From Macrostomum hystrix (lineage: Eukaryota; Animalia; Platyhelminthes), in the NCBI GenBank assembly GCA_950097015.1, contig CATNEN010000029.1, forward strand, positions 7,998,001 to 8,062,000: a stretch of 64,000 nucleotides of DNA. Direction: 5' to 3'. Below the pieces are notes generated by a model. That model worked only from the letters and a program-made list of their open reading frames with translations, searched no databases and had not been told where the DNA came from. Shown one piece after another: positions 1 through 13,800 of this stretch; the stretch's first letter is position 1, and every line of letters starts with the position of its first letter. Position numbers and translations under genes: made by a program.

Positions 1-139
1 CTCTATTCCTCTAACTTAAAGGATTTGAAGTAATTAAAGGAAGTAGTCAATCTGCAATGATATCATGGTAAAATCATCCCCTAAACACAGAAAAAAGTAG
101 AGTTCTCTAAAAAGTGAGTTAACTAAAATTACCTATATC

Positions 140-180
140 CATACCTGTATCTGTATCTGTATCTGTAATTGTATCTGTAT
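140..180. repeat. (TGTATC)n microsatellite
   Basis: Visible hexamer repeat, ~6 copies. Confidence 0.8.
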
Positions 181-407
181 TGCCAAAATTCTCCCTAAGC
201 CTATACTTGTACATATATGTAACTAAAAACACTGTAAGTTACTGTAACATTAGTATTATCTTTGTATTTTGATATTCATAGAAAGTGGAAGCCAAATGAT
301 CAATGGGGTACTGAAATTACAAATCCAGGAAGACAGTAGCCAATGAGAATTTGAGCCTTTTTTGAGACTCAACAGGTTTTGGTTTAAAACCTCTCCTCAC
401 TTTGGCA

Positions 408-659
408 TTGAAATCTTGATAGCTTGAGTCCCCAATGCCACAGCAGGGAATTAAGAGTTTCCAGTGTAGGCAGTCTAAAGAAGTGCATTTGTTATCAATC
501 CAATGAGATCTTGTCTATCTACACGCCACCAACAGTTAACAGACTATGGAAACCATACCCCACAATTTGTATGACATCTTACACCTTGAAATCTCTGAAG
601 GGCTTGAGTTCCCAACACCGAGGAATTAAGAGTTCCCATTGTAGGCAGTCTGAAGTATC
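408..659. repeat. Imperfect ~75-bp direct duplication (408-484 and 586-659)
   Basis: TTGAAATCT..GCTTGAGT.CC..GGAATTAAGAGTT.CCA.TGTAGGCAGTCT occurs in both copies. Confidence 0.75.
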
Positions 660-1855
660 TTCACAAATCCTCTTTGTCATTTGCTCCCATTAGGCTTTTT
701 TCTTGTTATAGCTAGAGATTGAACAAATCCAAGATTTTTCCACATCTGAATACCAAATAGATATAGACTAGATATAATACAGTCATGAGAATGAAATGCT
801 CTAATAATTTTTTCACCTAACAATTTATAACTCCTACAAAAAGTGTCCCACAGATAGCATTTTTTGCTAGCAGCCAATTAGAGTTGGGGTCAGGTGGAGC
901 AGAGCAGACACCTACTGTGACTTTGGCAGGATATAGTCTCAGCACTTTCAATATTCTGTTATCAGAAAGCAAAGGCACAACTGGCACATTGCTGGCATGA
1001 ACTGCTAAGCATAGATTGCTGCAGCAAAAACACTTTACCTAATGACAGATTGCTTTGCAAATAGTAACTAACATTCTTGGCTTATTTGCATATTAGATGT
1101 TGTATCAGCACATTGATAAAATCACACCTTAAAGACCACATGAATTTTGGTAGTCTGGACAAAAGTTATAGATATGGATATGGTTAATGTAACTTCTGTT
1201 TCTGGCATCTAGTTTCTGTATCTTGAGTTCACAAATGTACTTTGCACTAAAGTGGGGAAAACAGTGTAAAGACAAAAGAGACAAAGAAAAAATAGAAATA
1301 GATAAAGAAATAGGCACCAAAATTATATAAACTTAAGCCCCTATAACTTCAAGGCTACACATGTTTATGGGGATATTTGGATTTCGATTGTGGTCGAAAT
1401 GCATTGGCAAAATTCTAAGAAAATTTAAATGTTGATTCTGAGTTTTCTCTATTTAATTGTTGTCAAGCGAGCTACTCTACCTGAATTTTGTCCAAAAATC
1501 TGTGCATTGATAACTTCCCACATCCTATTCTAAAATAGCCATATCCATTGCTATGGCAGAACTCTAGAAGAAAAAAAAGAATCTCAAAGCATGCAGCTAG
1601 GGCTATCAGCTTCCCATGCATGGCGTGCAGCAAATATAGGGGTCAAAATATTTCCACATGGCACACCAAGGAGACTATGGATTCTGTTGTGCCTATCTGA
1701 AAATAATATCTAGAAGCCATCCATACAAAATTATATACATTTTTGTTTGTGTTCTACAATCAACATTCAGTTTCTATCTAAATATATTGCTTTTATAGAA
1801 ATGATAATAAATTAATAGCTAAATAGTGTCAAATTTAGTATTTTTACATGGATGA

Positions 1856-2694
1856 CATAGTTGCCACTGGCAAGCAATGAAATATTAGTGCTGGATGAAA
1901 AACTTAGCGCAGCATTAGATAAATTTGTTTAAAACTTGAATAAACGGTAAAATTCATAAGCAGTAGGGCCTAACCACAAGTCCACAAAGCCCAGAGTTAT
2001 CTTTCTCTTTTAGCCAGTCTTCATCCCATATTGTGGCTCGGCCTTGTTGGTTTGGCTTCCGCTTAGGCTTTGCTTTGGAACTCATGCCTAGTGCAAGCAT
2101 CTATTCAATTAAATACTCTCTTCTGTTGCTTCTGTTACTTTGTTGAAAAATAAGTTCTCTGTTTAAAAGTGATTAAAAAAGAGCTCTAGCTGGGCCATTT
2201 GGGTAGGACTGCGATTGGGCCAGGGGTGAACCAAACCCCACCTGGCTAAACCAAACCTCAGACCCTATATGTACATTGAGGGATTTGGCCTAGTCTCACC
2301 CTAGCCCAGGGAGGGGTGGCATGACTAGGGTGAGATATATAGCGAGAGGGGTGGAGGCATAGAGCACAAGAGATGGGAGGCGCCTAGAAAGGGGAAAGGG
2401 TTGGAGGCAAGCTGATAAGGAGCAGCCATCTTGGGTAGAGGGACAAAGCAGTTAGTAATAAATAACATGTAATGATGTTTTCAGTGTATGGGTACTGTCC
2501 TTTTTGGTCATTAATTTCCTTCCCTTCCCTGGCTATTCTATATGAGATGAGTCTGAGGAAGGGAACTAATGTGAAATATACAATTTTGTATCATTTAGCA
2601 CAGGATTTACTGTATTTTACAAAAAGTAGCGCAATAGCGCAGCTAAAGCAAGATAGCACAATAGCGCTAAAATAGCGCAGGTGTGGCAACTATG
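1856..2694 (-). mobile_element. Non-autonomous hAT DNA transposon (839 bp)
   Basis: 11-bp TIRs CATAGTTGCCA (1856) and TGGCAACTATG (2684-2694), with a perfect 8-bp TSD ATGGATGA on both sides. Subterminal TAGCGC motifs are present. A 43-aa minus-strand ORF at 1954-2085 (MSSKAKPKRK...WDEDWLK) resembles a transposase N-terminus. Confidence 0.85.
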
Positions 2695-4883
2695 ATGGAT
2701 GAATACTTTTTCAAAGGCAATATAAAAAATAGCTTGTGTATGATAATAAAATATTGATTAGGCCCAAACCCTAAGAAATTAAAGATATGACTTTGGGGAT
2801 AAGCTCATTGTAATTTGAATTCATGGGGTTTAGAGTCAAACTCTGATAATTAATATTATAATATGCTAATTATCACACAGTTAATTATACCAATGTCTGA
2901 CACAGACATTGAGTCATTGACAGCTCGATACTCGATAGCTTGAGACAGGACACTGTGAACATTTTTTCTTTTTAACTGACTAAGAAGGCTTGAAAACTGC
3001 ATGGAAATTAAGGATACGACGCTACTTTCTGTCCAAAAGTCCAAAAGTCTATAATATATAGAGTAACCTTCCGTTATCGCGAACTAACAACAAGCTAGGC
3101 CCCTAACTAACCGCACTTATATGTAATGGTTTCCCGATGATATTCAGATTGATATTCGATGAATCAAAACTCTATAAAAGTAAACAAACTCGGAGTGTCG
3201 AAACTTTATATTCTCCATACAGCAACCGAGATATGATACCGTGTTAAATTTCTACCAAATTGGACTATTAGTTTCGGAGGTAATAATTTTTTAAAAATAA
3301 TTTTACGTTGGGATGTTTTTCCTGGAAGTATATTTTATGTTTAAAAAACGTGTAGCGTTACATTTTACGTTACTCAGCTTGTATCTATTGCATACATAAT
3401 ACCTAATTGATAATGCTTAAGGGAATAGATAAATTTAAATATTTTTTGGCAAAAAATGATCACAAGAGAGCGTTGAAAAGGAAAAAAATGTATGCTTGAA
3501 TATCTATGCCCAATCTTGATGTCCGTTTATTACTTTACCGTCTAAATTACATTAGTTGCATTTTAAGCTAGATATGCAGATAACTAAATAAATCTTGCAG
3601 AGATTAATGTTTTTATTACAATTTTGCCTAAACTCAAGACTCAAAGATAACAGAAGAAAACAGGAAAACTCTTTGGCTGAAATCGATATATAAATTTTTC
3701 CTAATTTTTGAGTTGTATGCAGATGTCTTTAAACGATATTTTATTTTTAAGACAACTATTTTAGTGTCATTAGAATTTAATTATTAAACTAGTCTGTCTC
3801 AAATAAGTCCGGACAATATAAATGAATACTGCACCGCTTTAGAGATTTGTTGACATGGTAGGTAGGTTGAGGTTGCATTTAGACGTCGAATGATCCGAAG
3901 TGATCCGAATGAAACGAGATCAAGCAACGAAAATTTGATGCTGGAAAGAAATTGCACAAGAAAGCAAGACGGCTTGTGTGTGTACAGTGAGCAGATTAAC
4001 ATGCTCAGATAGGGAAAAGTAAAGCAGAAAAGAAACAAAAAGTTATCATGAAATAAAGTACTCATGTCTTTTAAAAGACAACAAAAGAAAATGAGAATTC
4101 TGGGTGTACAGAAGAAAGTAAAAAAAAGAATAACATAGCAAATAAATCCTCGGAAAGCCAAGAGTTTCAGCTGACTAATGGGAGTCAAACATAGGAAAAT
4201 AGTATATAGGTTATTCAAAAGTCAAAGCAATCTTTCGTAAGAAACGAAGAAAACAACTATAAAGGTAGAAATAAAGGTAAAAAACAAATCACTTCTTCTG
4301 TCAAGTTCTGTCGACTTTCAAGGCAGAAGAAAATAAATACTAAAACGGAATACTCGTTCAAGAAATAGAACAAACAGAACTTTAGATAATTTCATGTGGC
4401 TAAGAAATAGTCAAGTAGAGTTCGAGGTCTTAAGATACTTGTAGAGCATTTCCAAACAGAAAAGAAATTTTGTCTTTCAAAAGCTTTGCGCAGCAAATAA
4501 AGGGAGTTTTTTGTTCGCCGCTATTTTGTATTTTTCAGCAAGCAATTCGTCCAAATTATACTTGCGTGGCAGGTTCAGGAAAAAATTAACATATTTGTTT
4601 GTTGTCATTTTTAAGTGCGCCATTGTCAGTCCCTAGATATTACATGAAAAAAGCTAACATCATTTGCGTATACAAAAGCCTCTATTTGCTGCTAGGTTTC
4701 TCGCCAAAACGTTTTTTTTCAATCGATATGCTATTAAAAAGGGGAATGCTTCTTAGTTGTAAACTCTAGGCTATGGCAGCTGTGTGCGCGTGTGTTAAGT
4801 TTTGGAATAAAATCAAGAGACCATTGAAACCAATTAGAGTCAAGATCTAGTCATTTGCATCTGAAGCTAGTGCCGCAGTGACC

Positions 4884-7800
4884 TCAGGCCTGCCTGTCGG
4901 GGAAGCAGGCCCAGCCGCTACTAGCCGGCGCCGGCGCATCCCACAGTAGGGTCTCGCCTAGCAGCATGCGGGCCACCGGGTCGCTGCTGCTGCCGACTCC
5001 GCCACCGATTTCATCTTCGTCGTTACCGACGGACGGGTTTTGTAGTCGGCCGCCGCTGCCGCCTAGGAAGCCGCCCCACAGGCTGCGATTCGATAGCGTC
5101 GGCTCCGGCCACGCGGCCGCCTCAGCGCTGTACCAGGGGTCCTGCTGCTGCTGTTGCTGCTGCGCCTGCTGCTGCTGTTGCTGCTGCTGAGTCTGCGGTT
5201 GGAGCGGCAGAAACTGCTGCGCCAGCTGTTGCTGGCGTCGCAACTCTTCGTAGTGAAACATTCGCTGCGACTTCTGCAGAGTGACCTGCGCCAATTCTGA
5301 GAGCGGCCGGTCCTGGCACCACGGCGCCACTAGGCCAGTTGGCGGCTGCTGCTGCGGCTGCTGCAGTTGCTGCTGCTGCTGTTGCCTGTGCAGGTGCGAG
5401 TGATTATGCTGGAAATGCTGCTGCTGCTGCTGCTGCTGTAGCGTTTGACGCTGTTGTTGTTGACGTGGCTGCCCAAGCGCGCCAGTTGCTGAAGCAGCGA
5501 TCGGCTTCAACTGCTGCTGCTGTTGCGGCAGGCCAGCACGCTGTGCAGATTCGTCAGTATCATCTAGGAGGTCAGAAATTAAATAATCATGAAACAAATC
5601 ACTAATTAGAGTATCGAGGTCAAGTCCTCACTAGGCTAGGCTAAATAGAGTAATAGTTATAACAAATTAATCAACTTACCTCGTCTTAATCTGGCATGCG
5701 TCATCATTGGCTTCACAACAGATGTTTTAGGCTGCTTGCCGTGCACCGGCTGCAGGGGCACGGCCCGGACGGAGACAATTGGCACATTTGGCGACTGGCG
5801 TCGTTCCGCGATTTCCTGCGGCTGCTGCTGCTGCTGCTGAGATCTGGCAAAGCGAATGGTGCGCAACAAGAGAAATGTAGGCATGATTCGGTCTAAAATG
5901 AACAATGGTCAGAAAATTATTGCTGTCTCACAAAATCGAGACGAAAAGAATGACGGGAGTGAAAGTGGAGTGACAGAAAAAGAAGCGGAGTGACAGAAGA
6001 AGAAGAAGAGTGACAGAAGGAGAAGTGGAGTGACAGAAGGAGAAGCAGAGTGACAGAAGGAGAAGCGGAGTGACAGAAGGAGAAGCGGAGTGACAGAAGG
6101 AGAAGCGGAGTGACAGAAGGAGAAGCGGAGTGACAGAAGGAGAAGCGGAGTGACAGAAGGAGAAGCGGAGTGACAGAAGGAGAAGCGGAGTGACAGAAGG
6201 AGAAGCGGAGTGACAGAAGGAGAAGCGGAGTGACAGAAGGAGAAGCGGAGTGACAGAAGGAGAAGCAGAGTGACAGAAGGAGAAGCGGAGTGACAGAAGG
6301 AGAAGTGGAGTGACAGAAGGAGAAGCGGAGTGACAGAAGGAGAAGCGGAGTGACAGAAGGAGAAGCGGAGTGACAGAAGGAGAAGCGGAGTGACAGAAGG
6401 AGAAGCGGAGTGACAGAAGGAGAAGCGGAGTGACAGAAGGAGAAGCGGAGTGACAGAAGGAGAAGCGGAGTGACAGAAGGAGAAACGAAAGAGGAGTTTC
6501 GGGCAATTTAGGATGTTTAAATCAGATTCGCGCATCACTACGAGCGTACCTCAAAGTAGACGGTAAAGGAATTAAAACTTACAATGGTAAGATTTACAAA
6601 AAAGACTAAAACGTCAGGGCTTGCGTTTATATACGTATCCAGAAACATTTTAGTTTTTGTTGCAGTGCATTTTTAGAATTAGCGTGGGTAATTTGTTTAG
6701 TTTTAACAAAGTTTTATTTCAGTTTCTTATTGTCTTCTGCTTGGATACTTCTGCAAACTATGAAATGAATATGTTTATAAAAATAGCGATTATAACAAAT
6801 TTAGATCTTTTTGATATAACTATTGTAACTAAGAAAATCGACTGCCTTAAGTTTTATGTTATACTTAAGGCAGCCAAAACGATATTAGTTTGGCTATATA
6901 TATATATAGAATTACTAATTTTGGTAGCATATGTCAAATTTATAGTAAGTAACATGGTACTCGTAATTCCGTACGGTGCTAAATACTATTATAATGCCTC
7001 TGAACTAACAGGGTGTGCCAGGCAGCGCATAATAAATGCTTGCCGCAGAATTCACAACCCAAAGCTAACGGTTGTGGTCATTTGGTATTCGGGCCGGCAC
7101 CTTGTTTTGTTTAAAAATAGATTTGTCTGACAGCTAGTATAACACGTAGTTATCGTTTCTAGCAGGTAGTCAGCGTTTCTAACATGTAGTTATCGTGTCT
7201 AACAGGTAGTCAGCGTTTCTAACATGTAGTTATCGTGTCTAACATGTAGTGATCGTGTCTAACAGGTAGTTATCGTGTCTAACATGTAGTTATCGTGTCT
7301 AACAGGTAGTTATCGTGTCTAACACGTAGTTATCGTGTCTAACATGTAGTTATCGTGTCTAACACGTAGTTATCGTGTCTAACACGTAGTTATCATGTCT
7401 AACAGGTAGTCATTGTTTCTAACATGTAGTTATCGTGTCTAGCAGGTAGTCAGCGTTTCTAACATGTAGTTATCGTGTCTAACAGGTAGTCAGCGTTTCT
7501 AACATGTAGTTATCGTGTCTAACAGGTAGTCAGCGTTTCTAACATGTAGTGATCGTGTCTAACAGGTAGTTATCGTGTCTAACAGGTAGTTATCGTGTCT
7601 AACAGGTAGTCATCGTTTCTAACATGTAGTTATCGTGTCTAACAGGTAGTTATCAAGTCTTACACGTAGTTATCATGTCCAACAGGTAGTTATCGTGTCT
7701 AACAGGTAGTCATTGTGTCTAACAGGTAGTTATCGTGTCTAACAGGTAGTGATCGTGTCTAACAGGTAGTGATCGTGTCTAACAGGTAGTCATCGTGTCT

Positions 7801-10800
7801 AACATGTAGTTATCGTGTCTAATAGGTAGTCATCGTGTCTAACAGGTAGTTATCGTTTCTAACATGTAGTTATCGTGTCTAACAGGTAGTTATCGTGTCT
7901 AACACGTAGTTATCATGTCTAACAGATGGTTATCGCGTCTAACAGGTAGTTATCGTGTCTAACAGGTAGTCATCGTGTCTAACAGGTAGTGATCGTGTCT
8001 AACAGGCAGTTATCGTGTCTAACAGGTAGTTATCGTGTCTAACACGTAGTTATCGTGTCTAACAGGTAGTTATCGTGTCTAACGGGTAGTCATCGTGTCT
8101 AGCAGTTAGATATCGTGTTTCCTCAGTTAGATATTCCTACATGTAGATTATCGTGTTCTACAGGTAGATTATCGTGTTCCTAACAGGTAGTGATCGTGTT
8201 CCTAACAGGTCAGATATCGTGTTCCTACAGGTTAGATATCGTGTTCTAGCAGTTAGATATCGTGTTTCCTCAGTTAGATATCGTGTTTCCTCAGTTAGAT
8301 ATCGTGTTTCCTCAGTTAGATATCGTGTTTCCTCAGTTAGATATCGTGTTTCCTCAGTTAGATATCGTGTTTCCTCTGTTAGATATCGTGTTTCCAACTT
8401 CTAACCCCGAAGAAGCACAGGAGTCTCACCCCGCGAAGGTCGTCCCTACGGCGGACGCCGCAGCCTACCGCTATGGCTGTCTTCGCCGTCCGCTGGCCGC
8501 CAACTCGCTCCCACTGATTGCCAGGTCCTGTTGGCGCCGTCTCCCAGTCTGAGGCGCTGCCGCTGCTCGACGTTGAGTCCTCTAGCTGCTGCTGCTGCTG
8601 CTGTGACTGGCGCTGGAGCTGGTCGAGCAGCAACAACGAACTCTTTGAGCCGCGCCGGCTGCGATCAGGGTTAGACGCCGCGGCTGCCAACGCCGAAGTA
8701 TCGGGTGACTTCTGAGTCTTGGCCTGTTTCGCTTTGGCTAGCGGCTTGCCTGAGTCGGGGATTTAGGATTAAAGTGGGGCGGGTTGGATGATTCTGTGAG
8801 TAGCAGCTAGTTAGAAGTCTCCCAGCTTCCAAACGAAGGCATTCTAAGGCTGATTAAGTTAGTTGAAGTGCATTCACGCTCATCAGCTGCCAGCCTCCTT
8901 AGCGTTCTCCGCCTGTCGTCTTTCCAAGCACACAATGCACTTTTTCATGCTCAAACTATGCCTACTCATTTGCTATTCAATGTTACACATGAAGCAGCAA
9001 AGGCGCAGGTAATGGCAACAAGAAAGTAATGATGACCCAATGAAAGCAGAAGAAATTTTAACAGATTTCGATTCTTTTTTCATGTTCGATGTGCGTTGGG
9101 GGTGCTAAAAGGCCGATTTAAAAAATTTTTTTTGCCCACTCACAAATTTTCCCATCTAGCGTGTGTAAAACTTTCTAAAAAATACTACCTGTTTTAAACA
9201 CAGCACAGCAAAGCTAATCCGCACGGGATGACAGGTGGGGCACTGGGAGTGGGGTGGCTGGGTGGGGTGGGTGCAGCCGCTGGAGCAACAGTGTCTCCAG
9301 GGTATTGCTCTCATTTTCAAACCTCTATCCCTCATAGTCCGCTAATTTTTCTTCCTCCTTATGCTCTCATCCTCATTCTGTGAGTCTACCTCACATCTGA
9401 ATCAGCCAGCCTCAATCAGCCTAGGCGCCATGTGGGTTAGTTGCGGGCTTTGGAGTTGTAACTGCGGAGACAAGGCTGACACATTGCGCGTAGCTGGCAA
9501 TTATTCAAATGCAAATAAATGTGAGGAATCATGCGGAGTAGAAAAAACCTCCAAAGAGGGAAAGAAAGATTTCTGAAAAAAAGCTTTTTAAACCTAAGCT
9601 AAACAGGTTGCCGTCTTAACTATCCCACTCCAAATGCTTACCATCTAACACTCTAGGGTGGGCGATACTACAATAGTACACGATACACGACAATAAAAGT
9701 GCAACAAATTTAGAAACTCCGCAACAGGTCATTAAGTAGGACAAATGATAACACACAGAAAACTAAAACTGAAGTATCAGGGGATGGCCACAGGACAACT
9801 GAAGAGTCAGGGGATGGCCACAGGACAACTGAAGAGTCAGGGGATAGCCACAGGACAACTGAAGAGTCAGGGGATGGCTACATGACAACTGAAGAGTCAG
9901 GGGATGGCCACAGGACAACTGAAGAGTCAGGGGATGGCCACAGGACAACTGAAGAGTCAGGGGATGGCCACAGGACAACTGAAGAGTCAGGGGATGGCCA
10001 CAGGACAACTGAAGAGTCAGGGGATGGCCACAGGACAACTGAAGAGTCAGGGGATGGCCACAGGACAACTGAAGAGTCAGGGGATGGCCACAGGACAACT
10101 GAAGAGTCAGGGGATGGCCACATGACAACTGAAGAGTCAGGGGATGGCCACAGGACAACTGAAGAGTCAGGGGATGGCCACAGGACAACTGAAGAGTCAG
10201 GGGATGGCCAGAGGACAGCAGACAAACCAGAGAATGAATACTCTGGGCTTCATGATGGCTTACCTTTCCGATCCGACTGGGGAAATGAAATTGGCTCAAA
10301 CTGTGGCGTCCGGATCGTTGTCGAAGCCGAGGAAGGCGCGGTATCCGAAGTCGGTGCCGCTGCCGATTTGCGCGAACGACGCGCTGTCACCTGTTGACCA
10401 GCCGAAGCAGTTGAAGCCGCAGCCGCAGCAGCGTCCGAACGGCTAGTTGGCGAGCAAGTGACCGCTTGTCGCCCAACGATCGCCGTCTGGGAGCGGACAG
10501 ATGTCGACGAAGACGACGACAATGTTGTCGATGACTTGCTATCCACCGCGCCGGCGACAAAACGGTGAGATCGCCGACCAGGCCACCACCAGAAAAGCGG
10601 CAGCCAGTCGACCAGCCGGCGAAGAAGACCGCGGTTGTCGGCATCGCCACAGCTGCCACCGATACCGGGGCTGACGCCGACACCATTCTGACAGGCGGCA
10701 ACTGACAATCTGGGTATTGTGGACAGATCAGTTGGCTTAGGCGCTTGGGCCGATGTGGACGAACCCTGCGCCGTAGAAGAAGCGGAAGCCGCAGAGGAGG

Positions 10801-13800
10801 TGGCGGAGGCAGCGGCGGCAATCGAGGAGGACGCGACAGCGAGCCGCTCAGCCCGGACACAGGCGGACATGATGGCCCAGAGAGCGGCGGCTAGCATTGC
10901 GCCAACCAGCCCAGTCTGCAGCGGCGACTCCCAGGCCGGCCTGGGCAGGCGGGCGGAGCAGGCAGCCGCTTGTATCGGCGTCAGGCCACCGCGTAGGGTC
11001 AGGCGAAGTGCGTCGCCGCCGATACGAAGCTCCCTAGTTGTACGCAGCTGGCAGAGGTCCGGCGTGTAAGTCACGGCCAAGTGCAGAGTCTCATTGGGTC
11101 CTAGTCGGATGGGGGCGCACGGAGCCACAACGAAGCCGGCCTCGGAGCAGCCGGACGCAGCGCGGCCAACAATGGGCGGGCCGGAGTCGATGGTCAGCGG
11201 GCCGGGATTAACGATGGTTATCTGGCGAAGGATTGTGGGCGGAGCCCGCTGGCAGGGTAGGTCCAGGCTGGAGGCCCGGTTCGTCAGGCTGAATTCCAGA
11301 CTGTCAACGCTGCTGCGAAGCTTCGGTCGGGCGCCGCGGCCAACCGCCAGCAGCGGCTCCAAGCCGGTGAGGTTGTTGCGCAAGAGGAACAGGACGCGGA
11401 ACTCGGCGGACTCGACCGGTCGGAATGTCACGGGAAGGTGGGCCCGCTGACGCGGCGGCAGCAGGACTGCCAGGGTGTCCGGGTGGACGTCCGGATAGCC
11501 GGCTGGCAGTCGGCGACGTTCGGCTATGCCGCGCGCAGTCGGAGTGAGTCGGATGACGGCAGCGCTGGCGGAGTCGACGACGAAGGCTGGGCCGGCATCC
11601 TGCAGGGTGGCCTCGAGGCCGAGATGGGTGAGGGCGGAGGCTTGGCCGGGGTAGGCGCTGAGGGGCACCAGGTGCGCCAGCACAGGCTGATCAGTGGGAT
11701 TCTCCAGGACTAGGTCGGCTGTTGAAGTCTTGCCAATCTGCGGAGGAGTGAGCGAGGAAGGCGTTGAAAGCCAGTTTCTGAGAGAAAGGATGCAGTACAT
11801 TGGCATAGTCTCATATTGTGAAGCCAAAGCAAGTCAGTCCAATGTCACAAAAAAAGTAAAAATATTTTTTTCGCTTTATTATTATCGCAGATTTTTGCCG
11901 ATAGATCGCGATAAAAAACAATAAAGCAAAATCAGTTTATATTAAACATTTTCTCGCAGCTGCGTGGGGTGGGTTGACTTAGGGAGAGAGAGAACATAGT
12001 AAACAGGACTCAGCTCTGTTGCTATGCGAAACTACTAAAACTGGGGTTACCCGAGGTGCAAGAAAAGATAGAGTGTAGTAAGAAGTGAGAACTGTTGTGA
12101 GAAGTCTTTCTATAGATCCGACTGTCAGTTTCGAAAATGTACTCGCACTCAGAGCCTAATAAGAAATTTTCCATTGAAAATTTCTGCAGTCGCCTCGATG
12201 GCATTGTTAGAAAGCACTTTAATGTTAATTATTAAGCCTAAATTTTATTTGCAAAGAATGCAAACAGGCGACTAGCTTAGAGAGGAGACAGGTGAGACAG
12301 AGAGGTGACAGGTGAGGCAGAGAGGAGACAGGTGAGGCAGAGAGGAGACAGGTGAGGCAGAGAGGAGACAGGTGAGGCAGAGAGGTGACAGGTGAGGCAG
12401 AGAGGAGACAGGTGAGGCAGAGAGGAGACAGTTAAGGCAGAAAGGTGACAGGTGAGATAGAGAGGAGACAGGTGAGGCAGAGAGGAGACAGGTGAGGCAG
12501 AGAGGAGACAGGTGAGGCAGAGAGGAGACAGTTAAGGCAGAAAGGTGACAGGTGAGACAGAGAGGAGACAGGTGAGGCAGAGAGGAGACAGGTGAGGCAG
12601 AGAGGAGACAGTTAAGGCAGAAAGGTGACAGGTGAGACAGAGAGGTGACAGGAGAGGCAGAGAGGAGACAGGTGAGGCAGAGAGGTGACAGGCGAGGCAG
12701 AGAGGTGACAGGTGAGACAGAGAGGTGACAGGAGAGGCAGAGAGGAGACAGGTGAGGCAGAGAGGAGACAGGTGAGGCAGAGACGTGACAGGTGAGGCAG
12801 AGAGGAGAAATCAATGGGTTGAAAGAGACTCGATCTCAAAACTCTGCTCACCTGTGTGACGGGCAGATCCAGTCGGGCCAATCGAGACCCGCCGCCGCCG
12901 CCGAAGCCGTCGCCAGGCCCAGGGAAAAGGCTGGGCCAGGCCAGGCTAGCCCGGGCCTCGAACAGAAACAGATGGCCGTGCTCAGTGACCAGCTGCACTG
13001 TGGCGTTGGCTGACCGCTGACCGGACTGGGTCAGGGCCGACCAGCGCGACCGCAGTCTGGCGAGGTGATACTGATCCGAGCGCAGCGTGCGACGGCCCAG
13101 GCCGAGGCCGGCCAGCCACTCGATGCCGGCTGCGGGTGGAATCGAGTTCGGAACCGGCGGGATGCAGCGGAAAACACGGCCAGACTTTCGTCTTCTTTGA
13201 CCAATTATATTTCTTTTCAGTAGCATCCATTCAATCTGCTTCCCCTTAGCCTCCATTCAATCTGCTTCCCCTTAGCCTCCATTTCATCTGCTTCCTTAGC
13301 CTCCATTCCATCTGCTTCCCCTTAGCCTCCATTCAATCTGCTTCCCCTTAGCCTCCATTCCATCTGCTTCCCCTTAGCCTCCATTCAATCTGCTTCCCCT
13401 TAGCCTCCATTCCATCTGCTTCCCCTTAGCCTCCATTCCATCTGCTTCCCCTTAGCCTCCATTCCATCTGCTTCCCCTTAGCCTCCATTCAATCTGCTTC
13501 CCCTTAGCCTCCATTCCATCTGCTTCCCCTTAGCCTCCATTCCATCTGCTTCCCCTTAGCCTCCATTCCATCTGCTTCCCCTTAGCCTCCATTCCATCTG
13601 CTTCCCCTTAGCCTCCATTCAATCTGCTTCCCCTTAGCCTCCATTTCATCTGCTTCCCCCTTAGCCTCCATTCAATCTGCTTCCCCTTAGCCTCCATTCC
13701 ATCTGCTTCCCCTTAGCCTCCATTCAATCTGCTTCCCCTTAGCCTCCATTCCATCTGCTTCCCCTTAGCCTCCATTCCATCTGCTTCCCCTTAGCCTCCA

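Noticed and set aside
3060-4560. Possible transposon relic and ORF 3799-4218
   Set aside because: No TIR pair, TSD or recognisable domain; the ORF is the T-rich complement of an A-rich tract.
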